Origin: Halorarum halobium
Lineage (GTDB): Archaea > Halobacteriota > Halobacteria > Halobacteriales > Haloferacaceae
Length of the DNA stretch: 64,000 bases
Assembly (NCBI RefSeq): GCF_032116555.1
Contig: NZ_CP134949.1
Span: 2,418,001 to 2,482,000 of the forward strand
Reading direction: 5' to 3'
This document shows, one piece after another, positions 10,691-20,383 of the stretch (its first letter is position 1; each line of letters starts with the position of its first letter). The notes below the pieces were generated by a model. It saw only the letters and a list, made by a program, of their open reading frames with translations, made no database searches and was not told the DNA's origin. A program made the position numbers and the translations under genes.

Positions 10691-11932
10691 TCAGTAGGTC
10701 ACGTCCCTGTCGAGCACACTTGAGAGGTAGTCCCACGTCGGGGCGCGCGTCCCGTCGGGCCTGACGAGGTAGTAGCCCTGGACGTCGTCGTTCGCGGTGA
10801 CGTCCCCCTCGACCGTCTTCTCGTTACAGTACAGTTGCCAGTAGAGCGCCCACCGGACCCCCCAGTCGAGACTGTGTTCGAGCACGGGTCGGATGATCCG
10901 CATCGCCCGCTCGCTACCGTGTCGCTGAAGGGGCGAGCCGAACTCGCCCAGATAGACGTTGGACTGGCGCTCGGAGAGCGCCCCGGCCACGTAGTCGTTC
11001 GGCTCCGGCGCCTGCGACTCGACGTACTCGAGCGTCTCCGTGATCACCGACTCCGCCTCGTCGAACTGCCGCCGCCCGTTGTGACCCGGTGCCCAGCGGT
11101 AGCCGGCGAGCTGATCACCGAGCTCCCATGCCGAGTACGAGACGAGGTCGACGTCGACCTCCGGGATCACCTCGTTAATGAGCCGCGGCGTCCCGTCGTT
11201 CTTCGCGTCGAGGACGAAGTTCACCTCCGGGGCGTGCAACACCGTGACGTCGCTGGGGACCGCGTTCCGCGCCCGCTCGACGCCCTCCTGGCGGGCGGTG
11301 AGCCACCGTCGGAAGTTCCCCGCGATCCCGTCGGGAAGCGGGTCGTTCGGGTTCCCCTGGGCGAGGTTGTCGCCCTCCCAGTGCTGGAGGACGAACGTCT
11401 TCCCGGTGCCGTCGTACGTCGTCAAGAGGTGCCGCGTCAGTTCCTCGAACCGGCTCCGGACCGTGCGCATCTCGCGGTCGGTGATGCCGTTCTGGAACCC
11501 CAGCCACTCGCCCCACGTCGAGGAGTGCGCGAGGAGGACGTACGTCGAGAACGACCCTTCGAACAGCTCCCGCATGTACCGGGACCTGGCGACGTCGACC
11601 AGCGACGGGCCGACTCCGCTCCAGTCGCTGTTGTACGAGTACTTCTCGTCGACGCGGTGGAACCAGACCTTGATGACGTTCGTCCCGAGCGTCGAGAGCC
11701 GTTCGGCACCCTCGTTGAGGAAGTCCCCGTCGGTCAGGTGGTACTGGCCGTTCGAGTGCGTGACGCCGATGACCTCGGAGGGAGCCAGCGCTTCCGGCGG
11801 CTCGCTCGGGGTCCAGACCGGCGTCGCGGGGGTCGGGCTCGCCCCCGATACCCCGCCGGGCAGCCGCCGGCTACACCCGGCGACGGCTCCCGTCCCGAGC
11901 GTGCCGAGTTTCAGGAACTCCCGTCGGTCCAT
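10691..11932 (-). CDS. Tat lipoprotein, putative clan GH-A-like glycoside hydrolase
   Basis: MDRREFLK...VAGC lipobox; WEGDN and YLGEFG candidate catalytic glutamates. Confidence 0.65.
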   Translation of the reverse strand: MDRREFLKLGTLGTGAVAGCSRRLPGGVSGASPTPATPVWTPSEPPEALAPSEVIGVTHSNGQYHLTDGDFLNEGAERLSTLGTNVIKVWFHRVDEKYSYNSDWSGVGPSLVDVARSRYMRELFEGSFSTYVLLAHSSTWGEWLGFQNGITDREMRTVRSRFEELTRHLLTTYDGTGKTFVLQHWEGDNLAQGNPNDPLPDGIAGNFRRWLTARQEGVERARNAVPSDVTVLHAPEVNFVLDAKNDGTPRLINEVIPEVDVDLVSYSAWELGDQLAGYRWAPGHNGRRQFDEAESVITETLEYVESQAPEPNDYVAGALSERQSNVYLGEFGSPLQRHGSERAMRIIRPVLEHSLDWGVRWALYWQLYCNEKTVEGDVTANDDVQGYYLVRPDGTRAPTWDYLSSVLDRDVTY

Positions 11933-12031
11933 TGGCCCGGATGGAACGGTCGGTGACGTAAACATTGGGGCCCGGCGGGGTCGTGACGGTCGGGGCCCTC
12001 CGTCTCCGCCGATCGTCTCGCGTCGAACTAG

Positions 12032-12223
12032 TTACCGGAGGGAGCGGTACTCGCCGTGTTTCATCCCGAGCCAGAACGCGACGGCCCCGAAGACGGCCAT
12101 CGACGGCAGCACCATCGTGAGCACGGTCCCGACGGGCATGACGTCGCCCGCGATCAGTCCGCCGACGCCGATGACGACGAGCGCGACCAGGGCGCCACCC
12201 GCCCTGGGAAGGTCGAACTCCAT
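12032..12223 (-). CDS. Small haloarchaeal membrane protein
   Basis: Two TM segments and C-terminal LGMKHGEYR. Confidence 0.75.
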   Translation of the reverse strand: MEFDLPRAGGALVALVVIGVGGLIAGDVMPVGTVLTMVLPSMAVFGAVAFWLGMKHGEYRSLR

Positions 12224-12373
12224 GCCGCCCCGTCGGAACGGTAGCTCCTAATACAGTTTGTCCGCGGTCGTGGGGCGCCGCAGTTTCCCGACATCGACGC
12301 TCGTGAACCACGGGGTAGTTCGGACGCTCAGCCAGCACGACCCCAAACGCCTCCATTTCGACGGGGTCCGAGT

Positions 12374-13360
12374 TCACCCGTCAGTCCAGGCGTACCCGCC
12401 GTCCGTTTCCCGGAGCGTCCCGTCGGCCTCCCACGTCGACGCCACCTGCTCCAGACCGTTTTCACAGTTGGGATACGTCGGCTCCCAGCCGGTCGCAGCC
12501 GTGAACCGGTCGTTCGACGTCGGCATCGGCTTCAAGAGCAGGGCCGCGTTCTCGGCGCCGATGACGAACCGGGCGAGCCACGCCGGGAGCCGGCGCGGGG
12601 CGGGAGCGGCGAGTTTCCCCGCGAGCGTCGTGAGGAAGTCGGCGAGCGTGGTCGGCCGGTCGTCCACCACGTGATACGATCCGGAGACGTCGGCGTCGAC
12701 GGCCGTGGCGAACGCTCGGGCGGCGTCGTCCGCGTGCAGGAACGACAGCCGTGCGTCGCCGCGCCCCAGGGGGCCCCGGCCGACGATCGGAAAGTCGCGT
12801 GAGAGCAGCGACCGACCGAACTGGCGGGTGTGGGCCGCGTCGGGCGCGTAGAAGAACCCACACCGGAGGAGGGTGACGTCGAACCGCCCGTCGTCGCTCT
12901 CGCCGGTCAGGAAATCCTCGACGGCCGCGGCGGACCGTGAGGTCCGGTCGGGATGGCGGTCCGCGGTCTCGTCGAACCGTTCGCCGTCGGGCTGACGGGC
13001 GACCCAGACGACGCTCGGAAAGAGGACCCGTTCCAGCCGGTCGCCCGCGACCGAGACGAGGTTCCTGACGCCGTCGAGTCGAACGCGGTCGTTCCGCTCC
13101 CAGGCCGCCGCGGACGGCTTTCTCGCCGTCGGAATCGACGTGGCGGCGTGGACGAGCACGTCGACGTCGGGGACGACCCGTTCGAGCGATGCGCGGTCGA
13201 GCACGTCTCCCCGTCGGGGGGTGCCGCCGCGGGCGGCGACGATTTCGGCCCCCGACTCGTCCCGGACCAGGCCGTACACCCGGTGGCCTCGGTCGGCGAG
13301 CCGTTCGACGAGTCGCTTCCCGAGGACGCCGGACGCGCCCGTCACGAACACGTTCACCAC
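12374..13360 (-). CDS. NAD-dependent epimerase/dehydratase family protein
   Basis: VFVTGASGVLG Rossmann motif; SFLHADDAA. Confidence 0.88.
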   Translation of the reverse strand: MVNVFVTGASGVLGKRLVERLADRGHRVYGLVRDESGAEIVAARGGTPRRGDVLDRASLERVVPDVDVLVHAATSIPTARKPSAAAWERNDRVRLDGVRNLVSVAGDRLERVLFPSVVWVARQPDGERFDETADRHPDRTSRSAAAVEDFLTGESDDGRFDVTLLRCGFFYAPDAAHTRQFGRSLLSRDFPIVGRGPLGRGDARLSFLHADDAARAFATAVDADVSGSYHVVDDRPTTLADFLTTLAGKLAAPAPRRLPAWLARFVIGAENAALLLKPMPTSNDRFTAATGWEPTYPNCENGLEQVASTWEADGTLRETDGGYAWTDG

Positions 13361-13446
13361 GTGTGACCGAACGTGTCCCGCCCCCGAGGTCGTTGCGCGA
13401 TAGCACAGTCGGGGGTTTAACCGTCGGTCGGCGTCTGGACGACGGT

Positions 13447-14106
13447 ATGAAGCACGTTCGCCTGACGCTCGATGCGGGGGGACGGGAAGCCGAGATTCAC
13501 CCGATGTACGACCTCCTCGTCAACGCCCCCTACCTCGAGCGGGCGAGGGCGATGCACTGGAACTACTCGGGGGAGGAACTCGGCATCATGCACTACGTGG
13601 AGGGGGACGCCGAAACGTTCCGCGAGGACGTCGCGGAGATACCGGCGGTCGTCGACTTCGAGCTGACGGCGGCCGAGCCGAACGCGTTCTACGTCTACGT
13701 CCGGGACGCCACGAACCGGCGGCTCCGCGAGCTGTTCGACCTGCTGGATCGGAGCCCCGTCGTCGCCCTTCCGCCGGTCGAGTATCTGCCCGACGGCACG
13801 GTGGCGTACTCGGTGTTCGGCCCGTCGGCGGCGATCCAGTCCGCGCTGGAGGAGTTCCCCGAGCCGATCACGGTTTCGGTCACGGCGGTCGGGAGCCTCG
13901 CGGCGGTTCCGGACGCCGTCGAGACGGCCCTGAGCGACCGGCAACGGGAGGCGATTCGGGCGGCGGTCGAACTCGGCTACTACGAGATCCCGCGGACGGC
14001 CACCCACGAGGACGTCGCGGATGCGATCGGCTGTGCGCCCAGCACCGCGGCGGAGCACCTGCAGAAGGCGGAGTCGAAACTACTGCGATCGCTCGTGAGT
14101 CCGTGA
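13447..14106 (+). CDS. Bat-type HTH-10 transcriptional regulator
   Basis: LSDRQREAIRAAVELGYYEIPR...TAAEHLQKAE. Confidence 0.9.
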   Translation: MKHVRLTLDAGGREAEIHPMYDLLVNAPYLERARAMHWNYSGEELGIMHYVEGDAETFREDVAEIPAVVDFELTAAEPNAFYVYVRDATNRRLRELFDLLDRSPVVALPPVEYLPDGTVAYSVFGPSAAIQSALEEFPEPITVSVTAVGSLAAVPDAVETALSDRQREAIRAAVELGYYEIPRTATHEDVADAIGCAPSTAAEHLQKAESKLLRSLVSP

Positions 14107-14338
14107 TCGGGGCAGTAACGGGCTGCTGTCTCCGGACACCGGTTTCAGCACTGTCCGTCTGGCAGCGTCCGGTCGGCCGTCACTATGTGCTGCAACAGGG
14201 CCCGTATCGGTCACACGATTTTCCTGGCCTCGATAACATAAGTGTGCGTATCTTGCACGGCTGATCGGCGGGAAATGGTCGGTAGCTACACCCGTGTACC
14301 TAACGCAGTAGCAAGATGTGAATTCACGTGGTGTCTCC

Positions 14339-14509
14339 CTATGCTTGACTCCACGCTGCGCCGAAAGCGACACCGAGTGCCATGCCGATACCGATTCCCA
14401 TCCCTATATTATCCATCGTCACTCCAATAGCGATCCCGATTACGAGTCCGGCCGCGATCCCTGTGCCCATTTTGTTCGAATCCAGCCGGTTATTCTCTTC
14501 CCCAGACAT
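14339..14509 (-). CDS. Small glycine-zipper membrane protein
   Basis: MGTGIAAGLVIGIAIG...GIGIGMALGVAFG. Confidence 0.6.
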   Translation of the reverse strand: MSGEENNRLDSNKMGTGIAAGLVIGIAIGVTMDNIGMGIGIGMALGVAFGAAWSQA

Positions 14510-14750
14510 GTGTCCTCCTTCGCCTTTCTGGAGGATAAGTGTATAGTCAACTAATACGTAGTCCACCTGTATCCAGCAACTCTGGAGGCTGAAATATGAG
14601 CATGCTGACTGTTTTATGATGCCATACCTCGAAAAGCAATCGTGCACTACGGCCCGGTCGTCACACGTTCGGGCGGGGTTCGACGGGTCGGACACACTTT
14701 CTCATACCACCGGTAGGATATTGGCGGTTTGACTCGTCGGTACTGGCAGT

Positions 14751-15452
14751 ATGGGGCCGGGCTGGACGATAGACGAAAAACGGCACGCAGGGACAGAACA
14801 CCTCGACCCCGAGGAGGTCGCCAGGTTCGACGAGAAGATGCCGTTCGATCCCTCCGTGGAAATTGACGTGCTCCGGGAGTTCGGTCTCTCTCGTGAGGAT
14901 ACGGTCATCGACTTCGGGACCGGAACGGGAGTGTTTCCGCTCGCCGTCGCCAAACACTGTGACCGCGTCGTGGCTGTCGACGTCTCCGAAACCATGCTCA
15001 ATGCGGTTGAGGAGAAAATCGAAGACCGGCGCATGCGGAACGTCGAGACCGTCCACGACGGATTCTTGAGCTACGACCACAGTGGCGGCCCTGCGTCGTT
15101 CGCCTTCTCGAAGGACGCACTCCACCACCTCCCCGATTTCTGGAAGATCGAGGCGCTCAAAAACGTCGGGAACACGCTCGAAGCGGGCGGCATCTTTCGC
15201 TTGCGGGACTTCGTCTTCTCGTTCGATCCACAGGACAGTCGGACCGAAATCGAGTCGTGGCTTGAGGAGAAGAATCGATCGACGATATTCACCGACGAGG
15301 AGCTGTACGTCCACTTTCGGGAGGAGTATAGTACGTATGGATTCGTGCTCGAAGCCCTCCTCGAACGGGCCGGGTTCGAGATCCTCGAAGCGACGTACGA
15401 AGACGACTTCTACGCCGCGTACATCTGTCGATGGGTGGATTGTTCCGAGTGA
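14751..15452 (+). CDS. Class I SAM-dependent methyltransferase
   Basis: VIDFGTGTG, AVDVSETML, ALHHLPD. Confidence 0.9.
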   Translation: MGPGWTIDEKRHAGTEHLDPEEVARFDEKMPFDPSVEIDVLREFGLSREDTVIDFGTGTGVFPLAVAKHCDRVVAVDVSETMLNAVEEKIEDRRMRNVETVHDGFLSYDHSGGPASFAFSKDALHHLPDFWKIEALKNVGNTLEAGGIFRLRDFVFSFDPQDSRTEIESWLEEKNRSTIFTDEELYVHFREEYSTYGFVLEALLERAGFEILEATYEDDFYAAYICRWVDCSE

Positions 15453-15576
15453 GCACACGGTGTCTTTGGAATACTCCGATACCACCGCGTGGATCGACGT
15501 TTTTCGTGACGATGTCGTTCGCTGGGGAGATTCGCTCCGTGAACCGTGTCGCTACACGTAGTGGCTCGTCGGGGAA

Positions 15577-15822
15577 GCGGTCGTGGCGGGCGGGGGTGAG
15601 CGGGGCACCGGTGCGTTCCGGATTCGAATCCCCATCACCGTAGTCCCGCCACTTCGGGCCGTGGTCGATCGGCTCCTCATCGATGACCAGTCCGCAGTCC
15701 TTACACACCGTTTCGACCGTGTTTGTCGGTACTCGACCGTTTCACTCGGGGCACTGGCCGGACTGTTCGTCGGGCTGTACGTCCTCGTCGAACGTCGTCT
15801 CGTAGATATCACTAATTGCCAT
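15577..15822 (-). pseudogene. tfb: Transcription initiation factor IIB, N-terminal fragment
   Basis: MAISDIYE...QCPE*NGR...VCKDCGLVI...IDHGPKWR...ERTGAPLTPARHDR; in-frame TGA at 15744-15742; cyclin repeats missing. Confidence 0.85.
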
Positions 15823-15954
15823 ACGAATCACTAGTTGAAGCGCTCGCGACCGCGACGAGCCCCTCACCCATCGAGGGGCCCAAAAGCAACAGTAGTGCGT
15901 CTCTGCAGTCGATTCCCTATCGGATCTCCAGGAAGCGGGGGATCCTGTCGATTC

Positions 15955-16431
15955 CTCCGCTTCGATGTCGAAGCCGTCTACGTGAACTGCTGGGAAGATC
16001 ACTCGCGCTTCCAGGCACTCTATCGGATTCTGGACGAGTTAACGAGTACCGTCGACATCCACCGCCAGTCCACGCCACGAGACGTCCTCCTCGAACGACT
16101 TCGAGACCATGACGAGTCGCCGTCAGTGATCATCTTCGACGAGGTCGACCAACTGGAGGACAAAGCTATCCTGTACGAACTCAACAGGCTGCCACAGTTC
16201 TCGTTCATCCTGATCGCGAACAGAGAAGACGAACTCATGGCGGGGTTGGACGACAGACTTGCGAGTCGGCTCCGGGCAAGCGAGCGCATTCGATTTAGCC
16301 GCTACACCGTCGACCAGCTCGTCGATATCCTTCGAGAACGAGCGACACGTGCGCTGGTTCCGGACGCGATCGGGAGCTCGGAACTCGAACTCATCGCCGA
16401 TGCAGCCAGCGGCGACGCTCGACTCGCAATC
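15955..16431 (+). pseudogene. cdc6: Orc1/Cdc6 replication initiator, internal fragment
   Basis: YVNCW, Walker B IIFDEVDQL, ILIAN, LDDRLASRL, GDARLAI; no Walker A and no winged-helix domain. Confidence 0.85.
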
Positions 16432-16694
16432 ACATGTCCTTCTTTGGTATCTGCATCGACGTAGTTGAATTCGGCGACAGTGCTCAACGGTTCGGCACCA
16501 CTATCGCGTTTTTCGCGAAAGAACGCCATGTTCTCCACCTTGTCCAGAGCAGTTACCGTGCCAGTTTCATCGATCTTGACAATTGTCAACTGATCGTGGT
16601 AGATACTGTCGAGTTCCTCGACGTTAAATTGGCTCCCGCTTTCGATGAGGTGCTCGACGGTCTGCCTTACAGCACTATTGGAGTTTTTGCTTAT
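16426..16694 (-). pseudogene. NTF2/SnoaL-like protein remnant (start degraded, 3' truncated)
   Basis: Hand translation: AVRQTVEHLIESGSQFNVEELDSIYHDQLTIVKIDE...AEFNYVDADTKEGHVI; collides with the cdc6 fragment. Confidence 0.45.
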
Positions 16695-16869
16695 GTCGAT
16701 ACGGTGAACTACTGGGTCGCCTCCGGCATATCGAAGTCGTAGAACTGACCCTCACGCTCCGTCGGAAGGTTAACCGATGCAGTTACAGCCTCGTAACGTA
16801 CCGACCTGACCAAATTAGATATTCCTAACATCATTCTACTACTCGTTTGAGAACACCGTAAGGTACTAT

Positions 16870-16883
16870 GTGAACATATACAC
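16870..16883. promoter_or_regulatory. Candidate HTH-10 operator GTGAACATATACAC
   Basis: Variant of the 14-bp palindrome at 17918; 36 bp from a minus-strand ATG (16834). Confidence 0.45.
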
Positions 16884-17235
16884 GCTACTATCATGATGTC
16901 GGGCTGTGGCCATCTTCGAGCCGAAAGCGGTGCAGAACGACGGGGACCCAGCGGACGAACACGACGGTGGCGGGCTTGCCCGTGTGCTTCCCCAACCCTT
17001 GTTTAGTTAGGTGACGACACTGCTCAACGAAGTCGAATAGGTCGACTTCCATAAGCCAGAATCGAGTTCATCGGCTTCACCCTTCTAACGCGTTGAATCC
17101 GTAGTGTGGCTCGGCGGGTGGTGCTAAGCTACTCACGCCACTCCTCCGTGAGGACCGCCACAATGTGCATACACCTGATGAGGCCTCGATTGCCCTCACT
17201 CCCAGCTCCCGCAATTCGACTTTCTTTGCAGCCGC

Positions 17236-17862
17236 CTATGAGATAAAATTCTTGATAATCCGACCTTCAGCCCGATGCAGAACGCCGCTCGCCGCCGATT
17301 GATTGACCCCGAATGTTTCTGCAAGCTCGACGAGCGTACAGTCGCGAGGACTGTCGTAGTAACCGCGTTCGACCGCTTCAGTAATGACCTCCCGCTGGCG
17401 CTCGGTCAAAAGTCCGTTCGAATCGTACGATTGGGTTACCGACAGTATCTCATATGGGATATCAGCCGCCGCTAACTCGGCAGTTAGCTCCGACAACTGC
17501 TCCTGAGGGGCAGTTTGTTCACCGGATGCCCACCCGTCTTGGATGATGAAGGGAAATCGCGGAAGAATCCCCTTCGCACGCCTCGCTTCATACGTTGAAG
17601 ACATCGGAAACACCAACTGGACCAGCACCGTCCCGTCGCCAGAATGGAGCACGTCGTACGAACGCACTTCCGGTGCGTCGTCGAACCGGCGAACGATAGC
17701 GTCCCCGTCCGGTGTCGTTACCTCGACCAGTTCGAGCACGCCATCGTCTACGGGCTGGCTCGTTAGAATCGTGAACTGGGCGTCAGAGAAATCGGTCGAG
17801 ACCCCGGCAAGCCAATTGTCGTCGTCTGCTCCGATCTCGACTTTCAGGTGTACGCGAACCAT
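17236..17862 (-). CDS. Bat-type HTH-10 transcriptional regulator
   Basis: LTERQREVITEAVERGYYDSPRDCTLVELA. Confidence 0.9.
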   Translation of the reverse strand: MVRVHLKVEIGADDDNWLAGVSTDFSDAQFTILTSQPVDDGVLELVEVTTPDGDAIVRRFDDAPEVRSYDVLHSGDGTVLVQLVFPMSSTYEARRAKGILPRFPFIIQDGWASGEQTAPQEQLSELTAELAAADIPYEILSVTQSYDSNGLLTERQREVITEAVERGYYDSPRDCTLVELAETFGVNQSAASGVLHRAEGRIIKNFIS

Positions 17863-17917
17863 ACGCACTGGAGTTGGCCGGCGATCGGCTTAACGGATCC
17901 CCAGAGAACTTAATAGG

Positions 17918-17931
17918 GTGAATATATTCAC
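17918..17931. promoter_or_regulatory. Perfect palindrome GTGAATATATTCAC, candidate HTH-10 operator
   Basis: Lies between the regulator and its divergent operon. Confidence 0.6.
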
Positions 17932-17967
17932 GAGCAAGTCCGTGGTCTCGTCAGGCGTAGCAGACCT

Positions 17968-18042
17968 ATGCCTCGCATGGCAACTGCGATTGACGTCTTG
18001 GCGCGTGTACCGAGTACCCCTACGGAGGAGGATGCCTCGTGA
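17968..18042 (+). CDS. 24-aa leader mini-ORF (MPRMATAIDVLARVPSTPTEEDAS)
   Basis: Stop overlaps the GTG of the CMD gene (GTGA); contains GGAGGAGG. Confidence 0.4.
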   Translation: MPRMATAIDVLARVPSTPTEEDAS

Positions 18043-18608
18043 CTCCGAGACTAGAGCCGATCGAGGAGCCCGATGAACCCGAAATACAGTCAGCCTACAG
18101 GACGATGCGACAGGAGTTCGGCACGGTACCGACTCCGGTGAAAGTCGTGACTGCGCGCATGTCAGAGTCTCTGGAAGTTAACCGCATGCTCCAGAAGTTC
18201 CACGAGGGAATTCAGCTCGAGCCCGAACTCAAGCTCGTGGTGGGGATGTTCACCTCGGAGATTAACGGGTGCGGCTTTTGTGTAGATCTCACGCAGTCGG
18301 AAGCAATCCGCGAGGATCTCGATATGGAGAAGTTCGACGCGCTCACGGAGTATCAGGCGAGCCCGCTCTTTTCCGATCGGGAGCGAGCAGCACTGGCGTA
18401 CGCGGAGGAAGTCACGTGCCAGAAGAACGTCTCTGACGCCACGTTCGAAGCGCTCTGCGAGCATTTCGACGAGCAGGCGATCGTCGAAATCACGTGGCTG
18501 AATGCGTTTCAAAACTACACTAACCTCGTTAATATTCCGCTCGGAATCGAATCCGACGGCTTGCGTGCGATCGCTCAGTCGGAGACACAGATGGAACATG
18601 AGGAATGA
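18039..18608 (+). CDS. Carboxymuconolactone decarboxylase/AhpD family protein
   Basis: SEINGCGFCVD (CxxC); FSDRERAALAYAEEVT. Confidence 0.88.
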   Translation: MTPRLEPIEEPDEPEIQSAYRTMRQEFGTVPTPVKVVTARMSESLEVNRMLQKFHEGIQLEPELKLVVGMFTSEINGCGFCVDLTQSEAIREDLDMEKFDALTEYQASPLFSDRERAALAYAEEVTCQKNVSDATFEALCEHFDEQAIVEITWLNAFQNYTNLVNIPLGIESDGLRAIAQSETQMEHEE

Positions 18609-18638
18609 ACTCCGGAACATAATGCACGAGAACAAACC

Positions 18639-19001
18639 ATGACACTCACTACGTCCACCGCTTACATAGGCATCAGTATTCTGACCATCATCGCTGTCGG
18701 CATCTCGGCGGCAGCTTTCTTTCGCCCCCCTGAGGCCATCCTCGAATCCATGGCCGAGGTAGACGTGAAAGAATCGTGGCTGCCTCTACTGGGCACCTTG
18801 AAAGCAGCGGGCGCGTTCGGACTGCTGATCGGCATCGGCGTGCCAGTGCCATCGATCGGGACGGCCGCCGCAGTCGGCCTCGTCGTATACTTTGTCGGTG
18901 CCGCCTTCGTCCACATACGCGCTGGCGACTACTCGGTCAGTGGGCAACACGTGTTCCTCCTGCTGGCCGTGGCCACACTGGTGTTGGACCTAGCCTCGTG
19001 A
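18639..19001 (+). CDS. DoxX family membrane protein
   Basis: LGTLKAAGAFGLLIG...YFVGAAFVHIRAGD. Confidence 0.85.
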   Translation: MTLTTSTAYIGISILTIIAVGISAAAFFRPPEAILESMAEVDVKESWLPLLGTLKAAGAFGLLIGIGVPVPSIGTAAAVGLVVYFVGAAFVHIRAGDYSVSGQHVFLLLAVATLVLDLAS

Positions 19002-19132
19002 ACCGCCCGTAGGCAAGGTCGTCGTGGTCGAGGAGTAGGATCGTTTCGAGACCCGGAGTGGCGACTTACGAAGATCGATTTAATCAACAAAACTGCTGGC
19101 ATCGTCGGCTTTTGTGAACGGGCGAAGACACG

Positions 19133-19576
19133 ATGACGGATACAGCACTATCTCCCCGGGAGAAAGAACGTGAACGGCTCGCCCGCCGCATTCTCGAGGA
19201 CGCCTTCGGGGATGGGAATCTCGATTTACTCGACGAACTGTATGCCGTTGACACCATTGACAACAACGCCTTCGATAATCAGGAGGGGGTACACGGCGAT
19301 TCGAGAGTCCTACGAGGCCTTCTTCACGGCGTTCCTGGACGTTTCACAGACGGTCGAGGATGTCGTCGTGGACGGAGACATAGTCGCGATGTTCCTCATG
19401 AGTCGCGGAACGCACGAGGGCCCCTCTGGGGCATCGAACCGACCGGTCGCGAGATCGAGGTCCAGCAGATGGCGTTCATCCGGTTCGAGGACGGCCTGAT
19501 CGCCGAACGGTGGCTCCTTCCGGGCAAGCTCAGTCTCCTCCACAAGCTTGAGGTCGTCGACTTCCTGCCGTCGTAA
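19133..19576 (+). pseudogene. SnoaL-like ester cyclase with two compensating frameshifts
   Basis: The family-like core (AFFTAFLDVSQTVEDVVVDGDIVA...GTHEGP) lies in the +1 frame between ~19289 and ~19424. Confidence 0.8.
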
Positions 19577-19724
19577 CGCGTTCTCTATCGCTGGCATTCT
19601 CGGATCTCCCGAGGGCTGTCGACAGGCTCACTAGAGGATCCTCGGTGCTCACTGGCGTCGACGCCCGGCGGAACTGGGGGTCAGGAGTGGCTAAAGTTAA
19701 GGCCCCGACAGTCGATGTGATCGT

Positions 19725-19946
19725 ATGGACCCCAGAGCATGGTCCGATGATAACGGAACTGCGTACGTCGCCCTGATGGCGGCGTCGTGGCTCGGCGTGG
19801 CTCTGCTGATCTCCTATACCGTACTGAAGATCGTCGGGACGCCGTTTGAGCCCATCGACCCGGTATACGTGGTCGCTCTTACCACGATCTTCTACAGCGT
19901 GGCGAGGGGACACACGAAATCCAAAAGGAACGAGATCGGGGCATAG
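19725..19946 (+). CDS. Small membrane protein
   Basis: Two hydrophobic segments. Confidence 0.5.
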   Translation: MDPRAWSDDNGTAYVALMAASWLGVALLISYTVLKIVGTPFEPIDPVYVVALTTIFYSVARGHTKSKRNEIGA

Positions 19947-19973
19947 ACACGGCCGTTCGACGGAATCGGAGTT

Positions 19974-20338
19974 TTACATCCACGTTGCGTCGTTCTCTTT
20001 GACGTCTGTGACTCGAAATGCGGCAATCTCTTGGATAAGATCTATCGGAAGCGGCTCGTCGAGCGGAAACTTGATCGTACTCTCGCTCGTTCCGTACGCG
20101 TCGAGTTCGTCCTCGAATGCCTGGATGGCTGCGGGCGTGGGATAGAACCCGATGTGGTGTTTGAATTCGCCGTAGTGAACAGGATTCGATCGAGCGAGAA
20201 GGCGGGGTTGCCCCACTTCAGGCCCTCCTCGGCGTCCGGTGCGACCTCGCGGAGACACGCGCGCAGTTCGCGTAGTTTTGCTTGCGTTCCGTCCGGCGCC
20301 TGGTCGATGTATTCGCTTACGGTTTCGGGATCTGTCAT
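19974..20338 (-). pseudogene. DUF1801/YdhG family protein, frameshifted near 20175
   Basis: VSEYID...LRELRACLREVAPDAEEGLKWGNPAF, continuing in another frame as FKHHIGFYP...IKFPLDEPLPIDLI. Confidence 0.8.
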
Positions 20339-20383
20339 GATTGGGTTCGATCTATCGTCCGTGAATCGTCAGAGGGGCGGTGA

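Noticed and set aside
15742..15744. In-frame TGA at a conserved Cys of TFB read as selenocysteine or readthrough
   Set aside because: Halobacteria are not known to use Sec and the gene is also truncated, so a nonsense mutation is simpler.
16990..17015. Possible IS terminal repeat remnant (CCCTTGTTTAGTTAGG)
   Set aside because: No partner repeat or transposase fragment is recognisable.
18598..18642. 14-aa mini-ORF bridging the CMD and DoxX genes
   Set aside because: The overlap exists but is easily explained by chance, with no independent promoter or SD support.
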